From the NCBI GenBank assembly GCA_050633305.1, contig JBOEGF010000024.1, positions 1-64,000 of the forward strand: a stretch of 64,000 nucleotides of DNA. The letters are read 5' to 3'. Made by a program: the position numbers and the translations under genes. The notes under the pieces are model-generated. The model made no database searches, was not told where the DNA came from, and saw only the letters and a list, made by a program, of their open reading frames with translations. Positions within the stretch are counted from its first letter, which is position 1. Each line of letters starts with the position of its first letter. Positions 27,331-36,802 of this stretch are shown in pieces. The stretch is from Nannocystales bacterium. Lineage in GTDB: Bacteria; Myxococcota_A; Polyangia; Nannocystales; Nannocystaceae.

Positions 27331-28923
27331 ATGGCCGAGAGCACCGACGATCGGATGCAGAAAATCGTGTCGCTGTGCAAGCGACGAGGCTTCGTCTTCC
27401 AGAGCTCGGAGATCTACGGCGGTCTGCGCAGTGCGTACGACTACGGCCCGATGGGCGTGGAGCTCAAGCGCAACCTGATGAACGAGTGGTGGCGCTCGAT
27501 GGTCCACAGTCGCGAGGACATCGTCGGCCTCGACGCGTCGATCATCATGCACTCGGACGTGTGGAAGAACAGCGGCCACCTCGCCAACTTCAGCGACCCC
27601 TTGGTCGACTGCAAGGTCTGCGGTGAACGCTTCCGGGCTGACAAGGCGCCGAAGGCTGAGCCTGGGTCGCCGATCGTGATGACGATGGCCGACAAAGGCC
27701 GCGCCAAGGCTGCTCTGGAAAAGGTGCAGGCGCTGCATGATGGCGCTCCCGAGGACATCAAGCGTGACGGCAAGACTCTGGTCGGAGCCGTTGTTGCTGA
27801 GCGCGGCTACGTCTGCACCAACTGCGGCTCGCCGTTTCTCTCCGAGGAGCGTCAGTTCAACCTCATGTTCCGCACCTCGCTGGGCCCCGTGGACCCGGTC
27901 GCTGCGGTCATCGACACCGTCAAGGCCGCCGTCGCTGCTGGCGATGACGAGAAGGCCGTGCGTGCCAAGGTCGAAGCGACGATGGACGACAGCTCCGTCT
28001 ACCTTCGCCCCGAGACGGCGCAGGCGATGTTCGTCAACTTCCTCAACGTGCAGCAGAGCACCGGCATGAAGGTGCCGTTCGGCATCGCGCAGATGGGGAA
28101 GAGCTTCCGCAACGAAGTGAAGGTCGAGCACTTCATCTTCCGCTCGTGCGAGTTCGAGCAGATGGAGATGGAGTACTTCGTCGAGCCGGGCAAAGGCCCG
28201 GAGATGCTGCACTACTGGAAGGACACGCGGCTGAACTGGTGGAAGAGCCTGGGCATCCGCGAGGAGAACCTCCGCCTGCGTGAGCACGAGAAAGACGAAC
28301 AGGCGCACTACAGCGACGGCTGTTACGACGTCGAGTACGCCTTCCCCTGGGGCTGGGACGAGCTCGAGGGCGTTGCGAGCCGGACCGACTACGACCTCAA
28401 TGCGCACACCAACGGCTCGGGCAAGAAGCTGCAGTACTTCGACCCGCAGAAGCAGGACCCACAGACGGGCAAGAACGGGTGGCGCTACATGCCGCACGTC
28501 ATCGAGCCCGCCGCCGGAGCGACCCGCGGACTGCTCGCTGTGCTCTGCGACGCCTACGACGAAGAGCCCGGCGACGCCGACGGCAAGGGCGCACGCACGG
28601 TGTTGCGGCTGCACCCGCGACTGGCACCGATCAAGGTCGCCGTGCTTCCGCTGGTCAAGAAGGACGGCATGCCCGAGCTCGCTCGCGAGATCGTTCAGAA
28701 GTTCTACGCCGCGGGCATCAACGCCAAGCTCGACGAGCAGCACGCCATCGGCAAGCGCTATGCTCGGCACGACGAGATCGGTACCCCCTACGCGATTACC
28801 GTCGACAACGACACGCTCCAGGACGGCAGCGTCACTCTGCGTATGCGGGACGACCGGTCCCAAAAACGCATCCCTCTGACCACCGCCGTCGAGGTGGTCG
28901 CCCAAGCCCTCAGCCAAGCCTGA
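27331..28923 (+). CDS. glyQS: Glycine--tRNA ligase, alpha2 dimeric type
   Basis: CKRRGFVF.SSEIYGG, YDYGPMGVELK, YLRPETAQ, GKSFRNE, EFEQMEMEYF, PHVIEP, IGKRYARHDEIGTP. Confidence 0.97.
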   Translation: MAESTDDRMQKIVSLCKRRGFVFQSSEIYGGLRSAYDYGPMGVELKRNLMNEWWRSMVHSREDIVGLDASIIMHSDVWKNSGHLANFSDPLVDCKVCGERFRADKAPKAEPGSPIVMTMADKGRAKAALEKVQALHDGAPEDIKRDGKTLVGAVVAERGYVCTNCGSPFLSEERQFNLMFRTSLGPVDPVAAVIDTVKAAVAAGDDEKAVRAKVEATMDDSSVYLRPETAQAMFVNFLNVQQSTGMKVPFGIAQMGKSFRNEVKVEHFIFRSCEFEQMEMEYFVEPGKGPEMLHYWKDTRLNWWKSLGIREENLRLREHEKDEQAHYSDGCYDVEYAFPWGWDELEGVASRTDYDLNAHTNGSGKKLQYFDPQKQDPQTGKNGWRYMPHVIEPAAGATRGLLAVLCDAYDEEPGDADGKGARTVLRLHPRLAPIKVAVLPLVKKDGMPELAREIVQKFYAAGINAKLDEQHAIGKRYARHDEIGTPYAITVDNDTLQDGSVTLRMRDDRSQKRIPLTTAVEVVAQALSQA

Positions 28924-28940
28924 GGCTGAGTCGAACCCCC

Positions 28941-28976
28941 CTGACCAAGCTGCTGACCAAGCTGCTGTCCAAGCCT
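28941..28976. repeat. Three 12-bp tandem repeats (CTGACCAAGCTG)
   Basis: Two perfect copies and one degenerate copy between glyQS and yggX. Confidence 0.7.
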
Positions 28977-28989
28977 GAAGGATCCCGAG

Positions 28990-29274
28990 ATGAACGCACC
29001 ACGAACCGTCCTCTGCAAGAAACACGGCGAAGAACTGCCAGGCCTGCCGTTCAAGCCGCTCCCCGGCGAGTTCGGCCAGTTGATCTTCGACAACGTCAGC
29101 ATGCAGGCCTGGAAAGAGTGGCTGCAGGTCTCGCCGCGCTACATCAACACCTACAAGATGGATCTCCAGTCCGACGAGGGGAAGGAGTTCATGAAGAAGC
29201 AGATGCGGATCTTCTTCGGGTTCGAAGAGGGCGAGAACATCGAGACCGCTTGGGTCCCGCCCTCGTCCGAGTAG
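28990..29274 (+). CDS. yggX: Oxidative damage protection / Fe(II)-trafficking protein
   Basis: RTVLCKK...GL...P.PGEFGQLIFDNVS.QAW.EW...INTYK....M..FF. Confidence 0.92.
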   Translation: MNAPRTVLCKKHGEELPGLPFKPLPGEFGQLIFDNVSMQAWKEWLQVSPRYINTYKMDLQSDEGKEFMKKQMRIFFGFEEGENIETAWVPPSSE

Positions 29275-29277
29275 CGC

Positions 29278-30045
29278 TCAGCCCGGGGACCAGCCGACTG
29301 CGACGTCGGTGAATGAGATGTCCTCCAGCGTTTCGGTCACCCCCTCGAAGGTGACCTGAACGCCGGAGAGTTCGAGCGTCGCGTATCCCTGGGTGTCGAA
29401 CTTCGGTGGGTCTTCGACGGGTACGATCGTGATGTCGACGCTCCCGGCCGTGGCGACCCAGTCCTGGGTGATGAAACTCTCCCCACTGACGTCGTTGCAG
29501 ACTGCGGAGCCAACGGTCGCGCCGACCAGGACGCTGAACACCGCGAAGTCGGAGACGTCGTGCGTCCCTTCGTAGGTCGTGCCGGTGGCGGCTGCGTTTG
29601 CGACCAGGCCTTCATTGATCACGAGCACCAGCGCGATCGTGTTGTCCTCGTTTCGGCCCCAAACGGTCATGTCGACGCAGCCCGATTGCGAGAGGGTGTC
29701 TTCGAAGCCCTCGGGAAGAGAAGCTCCCCCGCCAGTGGACTCGCCCGCGCCGGTGGACTCGCCCGCGGTGGACTCGCCCGCGGTGGACTCGCCCGCGGTG
29801 GACTCGCCCGCGGTGGGAGTGGTCGTGGCGATCCCCGAATCCGAATCTGAATCCGAATCCGAATCCGTTCCGCACGGAACGGCGCCGCCGCAGTTGTTGG
29901 TCTCTGAGCCGGAGCCGGAGCCTGATGCGGCGCCGCTGTCGGTCTCCTGTCCGACCGTTTTTTCAGGTGCGGCGCACCCGGGTGAAGAAGCACTGCTTAC
30001 CGCGAGCAGTGCTGTCAGCGAAATCTCAGTACAACGATAGGTCAT
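29278..30045 (-). CDS. Lipoprotein-like protein with AGEST repeats
   Basis: Hydrophobic N-terminus then PGC, an SD/GS-rich linker, and a globular C-terminal domain. Confidence 0.7.
   Translation of the reverse strand: MTYRCTEISLTALLAVSSASSPGCAAPEKTVGQETDSGAASGSGSGSETNNCGGAVPCGTDSDSDSDSDSGIATTTPTAGESTAGESTAGESTAGESTGAGESTGGGASLPEGFEDTLSQSGCVDMTVWGRNEDNTIALVLVINEGLVANAAATGTTYEGTHDVSDFAVFSVLVGATVGSAVCNDVSGESFITQDWVATAGSVDITIVPVEDPPKFDTQGYATLELSGVQVTFEGVTETLEDISFTDVAVGWSPG
29735..29815. repeat. Coding 15-bp tandem repeat (AGEST x5)
   Basis: GGTGGACTCGCCCGC in four perfect adjacent copies plus one more. Confidence 0.9.
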
Positions 30046-30077
30046 GCTCTGTCGGTGTTCGCCGAGGGCAGGCGCCA

Positions 30078-30869
30078 TCACTTCGCGTTTTTTTTTTCTT
30101 CGTCGCATGCCGAGCGGACCTTGGCGAGGAGAGTTCTGTGCCCACCGGCGGCGTAGGTGCTGGCCGCCTCGACGGACGACTCCGGGTGCTGCAGGCAGCC
30201 CACGATCACCAGAAGCGCGCGACGCTCGGGAGCGAGAACGCCGGAGGGAAACTCCGATGCGTGTTCGGCGAGGGTTCTTCGCGCCCCGACGTACTGCTTG
30301 GCGCGGACCTGCTCCCAGGTACGCGTGATGAGGCGGTTCTCCTCTCCCAGCTGATTCTCGGGCAATCCCGACGGCGTCGGGGCTGGAGTCGGAGCCGGCG
30401 TTGGGTCAGGCCGAGGCGGGAGCTTCGCCGTCCGGTGTAAGCGTGCCCGAGGCAGGGCCGGAGGCTCGGTCCGCGGTCGCCGAAGGGGGGGCGGCTCGGA
30501 CTCGTCCTGCGGGGCTGGAAGGCCGGGGTCGCTCGACGGGCGCGGTGTCGAGTCAATGCCTGCTGGGGGTCCAACCGCCGCTGTCGCTCCCGAGTCTCTG
30601 GGCGCTTGCATCGGGGCCTGCTGGCCGCCACTCGAGCCGTCGTCGGTCGCGCGCAGGGCCTCGCTCACCCCAACCGCTGCCCACAGCAGGAACGCTGCCG
30701 CGAGCGCGCCCACGCCGACCCACAGCCAAGCGGGCCGCGTTGGGGCAGCTTCTGTGAGCCGCGCTTGGACTCGCTTCCGCGCCCCGCCTGGCATGGGCGT
30801 GGCATCGCGGTAGGCACCGAGCGCTGCGAGGGCTTCGGGAGAGAGCGCGGGTGGTCGTTCTTCAGCCAT
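30078..30869 (-). CDS. Putative anti-sigma factor (single TM, Pro-rich linker, TPR-like C-terminus)
   Basis: Overlaps the ECF gene end. One TM. LGEENRLI...FPSGVLAPER motif is typical of myxobacterial ECF partners. Confidence 0.75.
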   Translation of the reverse strand: MAEERPPALSPEALAALGAYRDATPMPGGARKRVQARLTEAAPTRPAWLWVGVGALAAAFLLWAAVGVSEALRATDDGSSGGQQAPMQAPRDSGATAAVGPPAGIDSTPRPSSDPGLPAPQDESEPPPLRRPRTEPPALPRARLHRTAKLPPRPDPTPAPTPAPTPSGLPENQLGEENRLITRTWEQVRAKQYVGARRTLAEHASEFPSGVLAPERRALLVIVGCLQHPESSVEAASTYAAGGHRTLLAKVRSACDEEKKNAK

Positions 30870-31425
30870 CCTTGCCTCCGTGGACGAACGCCTCGAGGCG
30901 TCTTCGGGCGAGTCGGAGCCGCGAGTAGGCGGTCCCCAGTGGGATCCGCAGCGCGGCCGCGACGTCGGGGCCTGGCATCCCTTCGATGTCGCTCAACACG
31001 AACACCTCGCGTTGCTCCTGGGGGAGTTGGGCGAGGAAGCGCTGAACCAAGGCTGCGGCGTCCGCTCGACTGGCGGCGTCTTCGGGGTCGGGCGCGGGCG
31101 TCGGCGGAGCGACAAGATCCAGGCGCCGCTCGGCCCGGTCGTGTTTGCGTCGCAAGTTGGCACACACGCCGCGAGCGATCGCGTACAGCCACGTCGTTGC
31201 GGCGGCGTCTCCACGGAACTGCGGGAGCTTGCGGCGGACCACCAAGTACACTTCGTGCACGGCGTCTTCAGCCTGCGCCTCCGCAATCCCCAGCCGCAGC
31301 ACCGTGCGCCACACGAAGTCCGCGTGGGCTCGGTACAGCTCGTCGAGGGTGGGAGGGACACGCTCATGGGGAGGGGGGGCGGACGCCCGCACAGTTCTTG
31401 TGTGTTCGCCAGACCGCTCCCCCAT
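30862..31425 (-). CDS. ECF RNA polymerase sigma factor
   Basis: LYRAHADFVWR, AEDAVHEVYL, TWLYAIA, REVFVLSDIEG, GTAYSRLRLAR. Confidence 0.92.
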   Translation of the reverse strand: MGERSGEHTRTVRASAPPPHERVPPTLDELYRAHADFVWRTVLRLGIAEAQAEDAVHEVYLVVRRKLPQFRGDAAATTWLYAIARGVCANLRRKHDRAERRLDLVAPPTPAPDPEDAASRADAAALVQRFLAQLPQEQREVFVLSDIEGMPGPDVAAALRIPLGTAYSRLRLARRRLEAFVHGGKDG

Positions 31426-32480
31426 CACCAGGTCCGTCGATTTCTGAAAGAAACGAAGGCCCAAGCCCTTAGACCTGCCGAGCGAGCGGCATGAACCGTC
31501 CCCGCAGGCTCGATTGCAAACCGAGGTCGATACACGGCGACATGGGCCGACAGATGGGCGCCGATGCCGAGCCAGGGTCGGAGCCAGCCCACCACGCCCG
31601 GAGCCGCGCGCGCAGCGACCCACGCGGTTCGGGCGGTATCGGCCTCTGTGACCTCGAGTCCGCGTGCGCTCATGGGCCCGGTGACGATGGCCGCACACAG
31701 TGGAACCGTCCACCGTCGAGCTGGTGTCAGGATTCCGCACCCCTCGAGGCCGAAGCCGGCGAGCCAAACGCTCGCGGTGCTCCCTCGCGGGGTTCGTGCG
31801 GTTGAGGGGGTCCAGGCCTCCGCGGTCAGGTGCGCCGCCCAGTGCTCGTGCCCGATCCCTGCTGCGAGCTCGAACATGCCGCCGAGGCTTGGGAGCGGAC
31901 CGAAGCCCAGCCCACCGCCGAGGCGTCCTCGCGCTTCGATGCTTCGGACTTCGACGCCTCGGACTTCGGGCTCGGGGTCAGCGGGGAGGGGGCTCGGCTC
32001 GGGCTCGGGTTCTCGCTTTGGGTCGACCTCTGAGCCCGGCTCCGGCACTGGCTCGGGCTCGAGCGCTGGCTCCGGAGCGGGGATCTGTGCCGGGGCGGGT
32101 TCGCCGGGCTGTCCCGGATCTGGGGTTGCCTCCGGGCGCGCTCGTGGGACCGCGAGGGGGTCGAGCGTCATCACCATCAGCAGCACCGCGGTGGTCACCG
32201 CCTCGGCGCACGTGTGTCCCGCGAACGTTCGCGCGGAACGTGTGCCCTCGCTCTCCAGTCGCAGCGTCACCTGGACGCCCTGCGGTGTCGTCGAGATCGC
32301 GACGTCGGCCAAAAGGCGGCTCGGAGGCGTCGGGCGACCCTGCAGCTGCGTTTGCACGCGGGCCCGCACCTCCTGCGCCGCGGGGCACGAGGGCGGCGCG
32401 TCCCACCGCAGGTCGAGTTGCGACGTCGTGTCGTCGGGCGTGGCCGGAACCACCGCAGCGATGAACAGCCAGCCGAGCAT
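31425..32480 (-). CDS. Secreted/outer-membrane protein of ECF module
   Basis: WDAPPSCP N-terminal domain, PE-rich linker, beta-strand C-terminus. Stop overlaps the ECF start. Confidence 0.75.
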   Translation of the reverse strand: MLGWLFIAAVVPATPDDTTSQLDLRWDAPPSCPAAQEVRARVQTQLQGRPTPPSRLLADVAISTTPQGVQVTLRLESEGTRSARTFAGHTCAEAVTTAVLLMVMTLDPLAVPRARPEATPDPGQPGEPAPAQIPAPEPALEPEPVPEPGSEVDPKREPEPEPSPLPADPEPEVRGVEVRSIEARGRLGGGLGFGPLPSLGGMFELAAGIGHEHWAAHLTAEAWTPSTARTPRGSTASVWLAGFGLEGCGILTPARRWTVPLCAAIVTGPMSARGLEVTEADTARTAWVAARAAPGVVGWLRPWLGIGAHLSAHVAVYRPRFAIEPAGTVHAARSAGLRAWAFVSFRNRRTW

Positions 32481-32648
32481 GCGCGGAGCGGCCGCGACGA
32501 TACCAGCCTCGCTCGACGCGATCCCCGCTTCGCGCCACGCGTTCCGGGTTGCAGTCCTGGGACCAGCCCTGGGAGTCGACGACGGAGTCCGCCGCCTCGC
32601 TGCTGCGCCAAGTCGTTGCTGACCAGGGCTCGCGCGGCGGGGTGACGA

Positions 32649-33812
32649 TCACCGGGCCGGAACGCGCACGCTCTTCGCAACCTCTCGCCGTCGCAGACTC
32701 AACATCAAGGGGGTGACGGCGAGGCCCACCAGGAATCCGCCGAGGTGGGCGAACCACGCGACCTGCTTTGCACCGCTGCCGGTCCCGAAGAAGCCCATCA
32801 CGATGTGGAACCCCACCCACACCAGGAGATAGACCCAGACCGGGATCTTCAACTGGATCCACAGCACGACCTGAAAAAGCCGCTGCCGCGGGAACGCCCA
32901 CAGGTATGCGGCCAACACCCCGGCGATCGAGCCGGACGCGCCGACGACGACGGTGGCTGTCTCGTGGGTCAGGAACGTGTGCAGGAGGCCGGCGAGCAAA
33001 CCCGTGACGACGAAGAACAGCGCGAAACGAACGCGACCGAACAGGTGCTCGATGTTGTCGCCGAAGGTGTAGAGGAAGTACGCGTTGCCCAGGATGTGCG
33101 CCAGGCTGCCGTGCATGAACATGTACGAGGGCAGCGTGTACCAGTCGAGGTTCTGCTTGAAGCGGCCTGGGATGATGCCGTAGTAGATCGTGTCGAGCTG
33201 TTCGAACTCCTGCATCCCGAACACCACCGCGAACACCACCAGCAGCGTGTAGACGATCCACGGTGTGCCGCGCCCGGGGTTCTCGACCTCCACCGGGAGG
33301 TGGGTGAGAACCTGCGCCGCCCAGATCGCACCTCGCTTGAGCCAGCGTTCGGTCCGGGTGCCCTGACCCTCGCTGGTCGTGGCCTTGGCGAGCTTGCGGC
33401 GCTCGTGCCCGTCGAGCCAGATCCCCCCGCAGCTCAAGCAGCGATCGACGGGGGTCCGGATGATCCCGGGGAGGCCATGCTCCTTCATCGGCCCGTGGCC
33501 GTGCGGGCACGGGCGTTGGGTCTCCTCAGCTTGCGGGTCGAGGATGTCCTCGACGCCTTCCAGGGACCCGGCCAGGGTGTTCAGTTCGCCTGCGTCAAAC
33601 CACGCCCCAAAACAAACCGGGCAGGCGTCGATCTGAACGTCGGCCTTGCTCGTATCCACCTTGCTACGGCGGAACCATCCGGGTTTGTCGACTTGGACCC
33701 AGTTTGCTTTGGCGTCACGTTGCAGGTGCACGGGCACCAACGCGCTGAGTCCGCATGAGGGGCACTGGGCGGACACCTCATGGTGATGGGTCAATGTAGC
33801 CGGCTTGCTCAC
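32649..33812 (-). CDS. Rhomboid intramembrane serine protease with N-terminal zf-TFIIB-like zinc ribbons
   Basis: CPSC...IDACPVCFGAWFDAGEL and CPHG...VDRCLSCGGIWLDG. MFMHGSLAHILGN, GASG, AHLGG. Confidence 0.9.
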   Translation of the reverse strand: MSKPATLTHHHEVSAQCPSCGLSALVPVHLQRDAKANWVQVDKPGWFRRSKVDTSKADVQIDACPVCFGAWFDAGELNTLAGSLEGVEDILDPQAEETQRPCPHGHGPMKEHGLPGIIRTPVDRCLSCGGIWLDGHERRKLAKATTSEGQGTRTERWLKRGAIWAAQVLTHLPVEVENPGRGTPWIVYTLLVVFAVVFGMQEFEQLDTIYYGIIPGRFKQNLDWYTLPSYMFMHGSLAHILGNAYFLYTFGDNIEHLFGRVRFALFFVVTGLLAGLLHTFLTHETATVVVGASGSIAGVLAAYLWAFPRQRLFQVVLWIQLKIPVWVYLLVWVGFHIVMGFFGTGSGAKQVAWFAHLGGFLVGLAVTPLMLSLRRREVAKSVRVPAR

Positions 33813-33942
33813 AACCTGCGCGCGATCATAGCCGCGTGCCGAAGAATACGGAATAATCGCGGTGCGGTCGTCGTCTGAACTCACCGCATGCAATGGACGC
33901 CCGACGCAGGGGCGCTCTGACGGCTTGTCTGGGAAACGCACT

Positions 33943-34464
33943 ATGAACGCAAACAGGGTGGCACTCGTTCGAAATCTCGGTCTCTTCGCGGTCGCGGCTG
34001 CGATGTCTTTCGGCGCTGTGGCCTGCAAGAAGCCCAGCAAGGGCCGCAGTGGGAAGCGCACCGTCAAGGCGACCATCGCCGAGTTCGACCCCTCCGCGAT
34101 GTCCGTCGACCTCGACAAGTACGGAACCGAGCGCGTGGACGACTGGGAAGTCCAGCAGGCGTTCAACCGCTCGTTCGACAGCCTCGACTCCTGCGTCATG
34201 AAGGCCAAGAAGAAACACGGCGTGGGGGCTGACAACGCGCTCGACGGCGATGTGGACTTTGCGGTTCAGCTCAACCCCAAGGCCGACAAGCCGTTCGCGG
34301 TCAACGCCACGCTCAGCGCGGCCAAGTGGGACAAGGATTCCGACCTCAAAGACTGCCTGCGCGATGCGGTCGCGGGGGTCGGGTTCCCCACCTACGACGG
34401 ACCGCCACAAGTTGCCGAGTTCTCCACCCAACTCGACCCCGGGTCCGACTGGGAAGAAGAGTAG
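33943..34464 (+). CDS. Lipoprotein with AgmX/TonB-C-like domain
   Basis: AVAC lipobox. LDSC...GDVDFAVQL...LKDCL....FP pattern. Confidence 0.75.
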   Translation: MNANRVALVRNLGLFAVAAAMSFGAVACKKPSKGRSGKRTVKATIAEFDPSAMSVDLDKYGTERVDDWEVQQAFNRSFDSLDSCVMKAKKKHGVGADNALDGDVDFAVQLNPKADKPFAVNATLSAAKWDKDSDLKDCLRDAVAGVGFPTYDGPPQVAEFSTQLDPGSDWEEE

Positions 34465-34488
34465 GGCGCACCGAGCCGAGCGCACCGA

Positions 34489-34520
34489 GCCGCGAGCGAA
34501 TGACGCCCGCGGCTTTTTCG
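34489..34520 (+). terminator. Probable terminator
   Basis: GCCGCG...CGCGGC hairpin followed by TTTTT. Confidence 0.5.
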
Positions 34521-34599
34521 TGTGCACCAGTCCACGGCCGGTGGCCCGGATTCCCCCGAGCGGTAGGGTAGGGTGCGCGGCGAGGAGGCGTGCCCACCG

Positions 34600-35631
34600 A
34601 TGCGAAAGCTCTGCCAGACCGAAGACCGAGCCCGTGCCGAACACATCGCCGACGGTCTCCGCGTCGCTGGAATTGACGCCGAAGTCCGTGGCGACGTGGA
34701 CACCCCGAGTGTCTGGGTCATCGAGCATGAGCAGCTGACGCAAGCTCGAGCTTGGGTCGACGCGCACGGGGCGGACGAGGTCGGTGCGTTCGCCGGCCGT
34801 GCGGAAAAACTGCGGAAGGCTGCCGCACGCGAGCACGCCGACCACGTCCAGCGGCAAGTGTCGGTGGGCGCGGGCTGGCGGGCTGCTCCGGGAGGACTGA
34901 CGCCCATCACCATGGCGCTCATCGGGGGCTCGGTCATCATCGCGTTGATGGGCTACCTCGGCCTCGCGGGCGACGACACCATGTGGTCGCTGACCATCGA
35001 TCACTACGACGTGCTCGTCCCGCTTCAGCGCATCCGAGATGGCGAGGTGTGGCGGCTGCTCACGCCGATGTTCCTGCACTTCGGCGTGTTGCATCTGGTG
35101 TTCAACATGATGTGGATGTGGAACCTGGGGCCGCAGGTGGAGAGCAACCACGGGTCGCTGTTGATGGTCGTCCTCGTCGTGGTGAGCGAAGTTGCTGGAA
35201 ACCTGGCGCAGTACGCCGTCACCGGGCCGGCCTTCGGCGGCATGTCCGGGGTGGTGTACGCGTTGTTTGGCTTCGTCTGGATGGGAGCGCAGTACGACCG
35301 CAAGTACCAATACGCGTTGTCGGACGGCAACGCGGTGCTGATGATGGGGTGGTTTGTGCTGTGCGCGACCGGGTTCGTCGGCCCCATCGCCAACCTCGGC
35401 CATGCCGGCGGACTCGTCGTTGGCCTGTTGTTCGGACTTCCCGCCTATGTTCGTCAGGTCCGTGCGGTGGGGTTCGGACAACGGTTTGAGAAGGGCAGCT
35501 GGGGCGACGTACAGCTCAAGGGCTGGCGTTGGGTTCAGCTCCGGGTGCTGCGGCCCTATCTCCCGCTGTGGTTCTTGTTGCTCGCGGGCCTCGTGGTGCT
35601 TGTGGAGCTGGCCGACAACGGCCTGCTCTGA
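34600..35631 (+). CDS. Rhomboid protease, GlpG-like
   Basis: GEVWRLLTPMFLHFGVLHLVFN, FGGMSGVVY, IANLGHAGG. Soluble N-terminal domain as in GlpG. Confidence 0.9.
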   Translation: MRKLCQTEDRARAEHIADGLRVAGIDAEVRGDVDTPSVWVIEHEQLTQARAWVDAHGADEVGAFAGRAEKLRKAAAREHADHVQRQVSVGAGWRAAPGGLTPITMALIGGSVIIALMGYLGLAGDDTMWSLTIDHYDVLVPLQRIRDGEVWRLLTPMFLHFGVLHLVFNMMWMWNLGPQVESNHGSLLMVVLVVVSEVAGNLAQYAVTGPAFGGMSGVVYALFGFVWMGAQYDRKYQYALSDGNAVLMMGWFVLCATGFVGPIANLGHAGGLVVGLLFGLPAYVRQVRAVGFGQRFEKGSWGDVQLKGWRWVQLRVLRPYLPLWFLLLAGLVVLVELADNGLL

Positions 35632-35928
35632 GCAGGGGGTTCTACCGCCACGAGGGGCGCGTCCCCGTACGGGAGACCGCGTGTTGCGGTTTCAGCGAAG
35701 GGCAGCGTCTGACTCCGCAGGTCTGCGGAGTCGAGACGGCGGTGGAGCCAGCGCTGGCTCGGGGGGGGCTCCGCGATTGGGGTCGCGCTCGCGGGCGATC
35801 ACGAATGCACAGGACAGGCCGCCGACGACCCGACGTACTGACCGGGCGCGTCCGCTCCTGGCACCACCCACCAGGCGGCTTGGGCATCGGAGCTGTGGAC
35901 TCCTGGTCCCGTGGTCACAAGCGCTGGC

Positions 35929-36250
35929 GTGTCTGCGCTGTTGCTCGACGAGTTGTTCGACGAAGCGGAGCCCCGGTTCCTGTTCGAGGTTCTGGCCAGC
36001 ACCCTCGAAAAGAGGCTCGGGGGGCTCGCGCGCAAGTTGTTCGAGGACTCGCGACCCGTCACGCGCTCGATGCTGCTCGCGTACGTCGACGACGGTTGCG
36101 ACCGACCGCACCGCCGAGCGCCGTTCAAGCTGGCTGTTCAAGCTGGCTGAAACGGCGGGCGACGACGAGCTGATGGCCCAACTGAGGTTCGCGTGCGATC
36201 GCGAGGAAAGCCCCCTCCTGATCGAACTCGCGCATGTGGTCGCACGCCGC
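35929..36250 (+). pseudogene. Frameshifted, truncated fragment of a myxobacterial hypothetical gene
   Basis: VSALLLDEL...LLAYVDDGCDRPH continues in another frame as LFKLAETAGDDELMA. It runs into the convergent gene. Confidence 0.5.
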
Positions 36251-36253
36251 ATG

Positions 36254-36724
36254 TCACATCATCGCCGCGGAAGCCCCGATGACGACGGCGATGACAAGGC
36301 CGACCGCATAGATCCCAAGCGTGACCGCCATGCAGAGGCCCGTGAAGCGCCAGAACGACTTTTGGTGTTCCAGGGCGTTCTCCAACGCCTCGACTCCATA
36401 GCCCGCCTGGAGCGCGCGGATCGAACCCCGGTAGCGGAACAAAATGTTGGCCCCGACGCCGTAGAGCAGCGCCGGAATGACGTAGATGAGGCCGAACAAC
36501 CGACCCCCCGGAACTCCGGCTGGAGCAGAAAGCAGCAGTCCGAACGCGGCGATGACCATGAATGCCGCGCCGATGAAACCAAGGACGGCCAAGAACGTGA
36601 CCCACGGCCGGGTCTCGCTCATCGCGGCCAAGATCCGGGGCGTGACCACGTCGTCGCCGCCGTGCCCGTCTCGCGCAAGGGGTGGGCCATCGGAGATCGG
36701 GGAAGAGTAGGGATTCACAGACAC
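36254..36724 (-). CDS. DUF5362-like membrane protein
   Basis: NPY..P N-terminus, ETRPWVTFLAVLGFIG, LEHQKSFWRFTG, three TM segments. Confidence 0.8.
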   Translation of the reverse strand: MSVNPYSSPISDGPPLARDGHGGDDVVTPRILAAMSETRPWVTFLAVLGFIGAAFMVIAAFGLLLSAPAGVPGGRLFGLIYVIPALLYGVGANILFRYRGSIRALQAGYGVEALENALEHQKSFWRFTGLCMAVTLGIYAVGLVIAVVIGASAAMM

Positions 36725-36802
36725 AGGCTCGATCGAAACCTAACACCGCGTTCCCGTATTTCCGATCGACACCACGCGTTGGGGACACCCCCCTAAACCA
36801 GT

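Noticed and set aside
29735..29815. 15-bp tandem repeat as a noncoding array
   Set aside because: It is an in-frame coding repeat (AGEST) in a lipoprotein linker, with no spacers.
35692..36252. 186-aa minus-strand ORF
   Set aside because: Low-complexity Ser/Arg translation. The plus-strand frameshifted fragment explains the region better.
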